Shown here piece by piece: positions 59,776 to 64,000 of a DNA stretch of 64,000 bases. The DNA lies in the NCBI GenBank assembly GCA_964016885.1, contig OZ024757.1:33480001-33544000 (forward strand). Reading direction: 5' to 3'. The DNA comes from Eledone cirrhosa. Lineage: Eukaryota. The notes beneath the pieces are model-generated. The model did no database searches, was not told where the DNA came from, and saw nothing but the letters and a program-made list of their open reading frames with translations. Every line of letters starts with the position of its first letter. Position 1 is the first letter of the stretch. The translations under genes were made by a program, and so were the position numbers.

Positions 59776-59996
59776 CATATATATACATATATATATACAT
59801 ATATATATATATTTATATGTATATATATATATATGTATATATATGTATATATATATATATGTATATATATGTATATATATATATATATGTATATATATGT
59901 ATATATATGTATATATATATATATATGTATATATATGTATACATATATATCCAGATATATACATATATATATATAAGTACATATATATATATAAGT

Positions 59997-60053
<57 letters not shown>

Positions 60054-60823
60054 TATATATATAAGTATATAAGTATATGTATATAAGTATATATATATAA
60101 GTATATAAATATATATATATATAAGTATATAAATATATATGTAAGTATATAAATATATATATATATATATAAGTATATAAGTATATATAAATATATATAT
60201 ATATATATGCACATAAACACACATGGACGTATGCATATACCTTTTTTTAAATAAAGAATTATATGTATATATACACACATACAAAAATACATATGTATAT
60301 GCATATATACACACGAACATATATGTATGTATTTATAAATTTACATATACATACACAGCATATGAAAGTGTATGTGCGCATCTTTCCAAGGTCGTATTAA
60401 TGTGAAATATAAAACACGAGAAACATAGTCATCGCCATATTGTCATAAACGTCTTCAGATCGTAGATCACACAATTTTAGAAATCCTACTCAAAATACAA
60501 GCATCCATACTCTCATATATAAATACAAATAACGCACACACACACACACACATATATATGGATATATATTTAATATATATATATGGATATATATTTAATA
60601 TATATATATATATATATATATACTTAATAGGTATATATTAGGTATATATATATGTAGGTATATATGTGTGTGTGTGTATATATATATATATCTACAGGTA
60701 TATATAATGTATATATATATAAATATATATATATATGCATACATATATATGTATATATGTATATGTGTATATATATATATATGTTTATATTTATATATTT
60801 ATATATGTTTATATTTATATATT

Positions 60824-60854
<31 letters not shown>

Positions 60855-60902
60855 ATTTATATATATTTATATATATATATTATATATATATATATTTATA
60901 TA

Positions 60903-60936
<34 letters not shown>

Positions 60937-61016
60937 CTATATATATTTATATCTATATATATATATATATATATATTTATATCTCTCTCTCTATATATAT
61001 ATATTTATATATATAT

Positions 61017-61051
<35 letters not shown>

Positions 61052-61170
61052 ATATATTTATATATATTTATATATATATATTTATATATATATTATTTAT
61101 ATATATTTATATATATATATTTATATAATATATATATTTATATATATATATATTTATATATATATATATT

Positions 61171-61202
<32 letters not shown>

Positions 61203-61231
61203 CATATATATTTATTATATATATATATATT

Positions 61232-61328
<97 letters not shown>

Positions 61329-61417
61329 TTATATATATATATTTATATATATATATATTTATATATATATATATTTATATATATTTATATATATATATAT
61401 TTATATATATATATATT

Positions 61418-61500
<83 letters not shown>

Positions 61501-61603
61501 ATTTATATATATATTTATATATATTTATATATATATTTATATATATCTATATATATATTTATATATATTTATATATATATTTATATATATTTATATATAT
61601 ATT

Positions 61604-61636
<33 letters not shown>

Positions 61637-61641
61637 TTATA

Positions 61642-61675
<34 letters not shown>

Positions 61676-61869
61676 TATATATATATTTATATATATATTT
61701 ATATATATTTATATATATATTTATATATATATATATTTATATATATATTTATATATATATATTTATATATATATTTATATATATATATTTACATATATAT
61801 ATATTTATATATATATTTATATATATATATTTACATATATATATATTTATATATATATTTATATATATT

Positions 61870-61904
<35 letters not shown>

Positions 61905-61905
61905 T

Positions 61906-61939
<34 letters not shown>

Positions 61940-62047
61940 GATTTATATTTATATATATATATATTTATATATATATTTATATATATTTATATATATATTT
62001 ATATATATTTATATATATTTATATATATATTTATATATATATATATT

Positions 62048-62102
<55 letters not shown>

Positions 62103-62103
62103 T

Positions 62104-62134
<31 letters not shown>

Positions 62135-62135
62135 T

Positions 62136-62168
<33 letters not shown>

Positions 62169-62171
62169 ATT

Positions 62172-62452
<281 letters not shown>

Positions 62453-62505
62453 ATATATAAATATTTATATATATATATTTATATATATATATATATATAA
62501 ATATT

Positions 62506-62538
<33 letters not shown>

Positions 62539-62551
62539 ATATATAAATATT

Positions 62552-62723
<172 letters not shown>

Positions 62724-62744
62724 ATTTATATTTATATATATATA

Positions 62745-62793
<49 letters not shown>

Positions 62794-62826
62794 ATTTATA
62801 TTTATATATATATATATTTATATATT

Positions 62827-62857
<31 letters not shown>

Positions 62858-62861
62858 ATAT

Positions 62862-64000
62862 CTAAACATTTCCCCCAAACATAGATATTATATACTCTTT
62901 ATTAAAAATAACATTAAAACCTCATTCTCTACAACACCTAACCTAGCTAGCCACATCACATTCAGTAACCATCATAAACTAAGACAGTTTAACTCCCACA
63001 CCGCGGTACCACCACCCGTATCAAATACACCACGCCACTACACCAATACTTACTCTAGTAGCACACCTCCCCCATCTAATCCTTCTAACACTGACCAACC
63101 GCTTAGGTTAAACTACCCTACTCTCACTAACCGCAGAAGCAACTGCAACTGCCGTTACCCTAATGATTGCCCACTAAATGGACACTGCCTGACACCCAAC
63201 ATAGCCTATAAGTGCACGGTTAAAACTGCTTCGAATACCAGCTCCTATATCGGGTCTACCTCTCACCTTTTTAAGGTACGCTATAACGCGCACTCTTTTT
63301 CCTCCCGAGACCCTAACAACAGATGTTCGACATCTCTAGCTAGGCTCATTAAAAACCTTAAATTAACCAACATTGAACACTTACTAACATGGGATATCTT
63401 AGCTAGGGCCCAACCGTTCAATGGACGAAGAAAATCTTGTGATCTCTGTATTACCGAAGCATATTACATAACTCTATCACGACCTCTACCGATTAACGAT
63501 AGAACAGAGGTAACTATTAGCTGTCAACATCGAAGGGCTAATACCTTCGCCAACAGAATATTTGACCCAACATAGTCATCTGGCCCCATATTTACTTGTA
63601 ACTAATAAGTTAAATAGCCATAACTAACTTAGATAATTATAAGTTACCTCCCCTACATTGTCTCTCAATTAAAAAATTAGCACTTAACTATAAACTACCC
63701 ACAATTTCTAATCTCTCGAGGAGTTACTTCCCCTGAAACCACCCTTTAATTAGTAAGGTAAACATGTCCATAGGCGGCCATTTTGTTACCCATAGGCAGA
63801 TCTCACACAATGCAGCCTCGACAGAAGAATACTGCTTTATTATGGCAGACAATTGATACACCCAGGACACCATAGTGAAATAACAATATATGGAACATTA
63901 TATTATGTAACATTCTTTCCTTATTTTAATTTATATTCCTTTGCAGTTCCGATGAGCCGCACTATCTTTAATTATGTTAATTATTTTCAACTGAACCAGA
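62862..64000 (+). mobile_element. 5'-truncated Penelope-like retroelement (C-terminal GIY-YIG type) with 3' UTR/pLTR running off the window
   Basis: Begins at the edge of (TA)n; RT-thumb and GIY-YIG frame 62874-63575; CCGATGA box at 63949-63955. Confidence 0.88.
62874..63575 (+). pseudogene. PLE RT C-terminus + linker + GIY-YIG endonuclease, 233 codons open, no start codon
   Basis: [23 protein letters not shown]...[24 protein letters not shown]...SYIGST...FKVRYNAH...TSL...WDIL...CDLCITEA...INDRTE...CQHR...*. Confidence 0.88.

Noticed and set aside
62874-63575. Selenoprotein-type (Naiad) PLE
   Set aside because: No in-frame TGA, and the endonuclease is C-terminal to the RT thumb, unlike N-terminal-EN Naiads.

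Overview
AT-rich, microsatellite- and SINE-dense animal genomic DNA; the repeat content suggests an octopod cephalopod (inference). Bases 1609-16730 (+) hold the last 14 coding exons of a NOX4-type NADPH oxidase. I spliced them by hand into one uninterrupted frame (1331 nt, GT-AG introns, matching phases, stop at 16730); the 5' exons lie upstream of the window. The rest is intergenic: tRNA-derived SINEs, MITEs, LINE, CRE, mariner and Gypsy remnants, minisatellites and an ~18 kb degenerate (TA)n field (44.8-62.9 kb). The main unannotated signal is a dispersed Penelope-like-element (PLE) system, with most members abutting (TA)n. It comprises about ten type I hammerhead ribozyme motifs (C[U/C]GANGA...GAAA-palindrome-UH), several long fold-back palindromes and a start-less 233-codon RT-thumb/GIY-YIG frame at 62874-63575 that the ORF track missed. 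Two hammerheads lie in sense orientation in consecutive NOX4 introns. Nearly all long ORFs in the supplied track are microsatellite artefacts. Family assignments come from motif recognition, not database searches.
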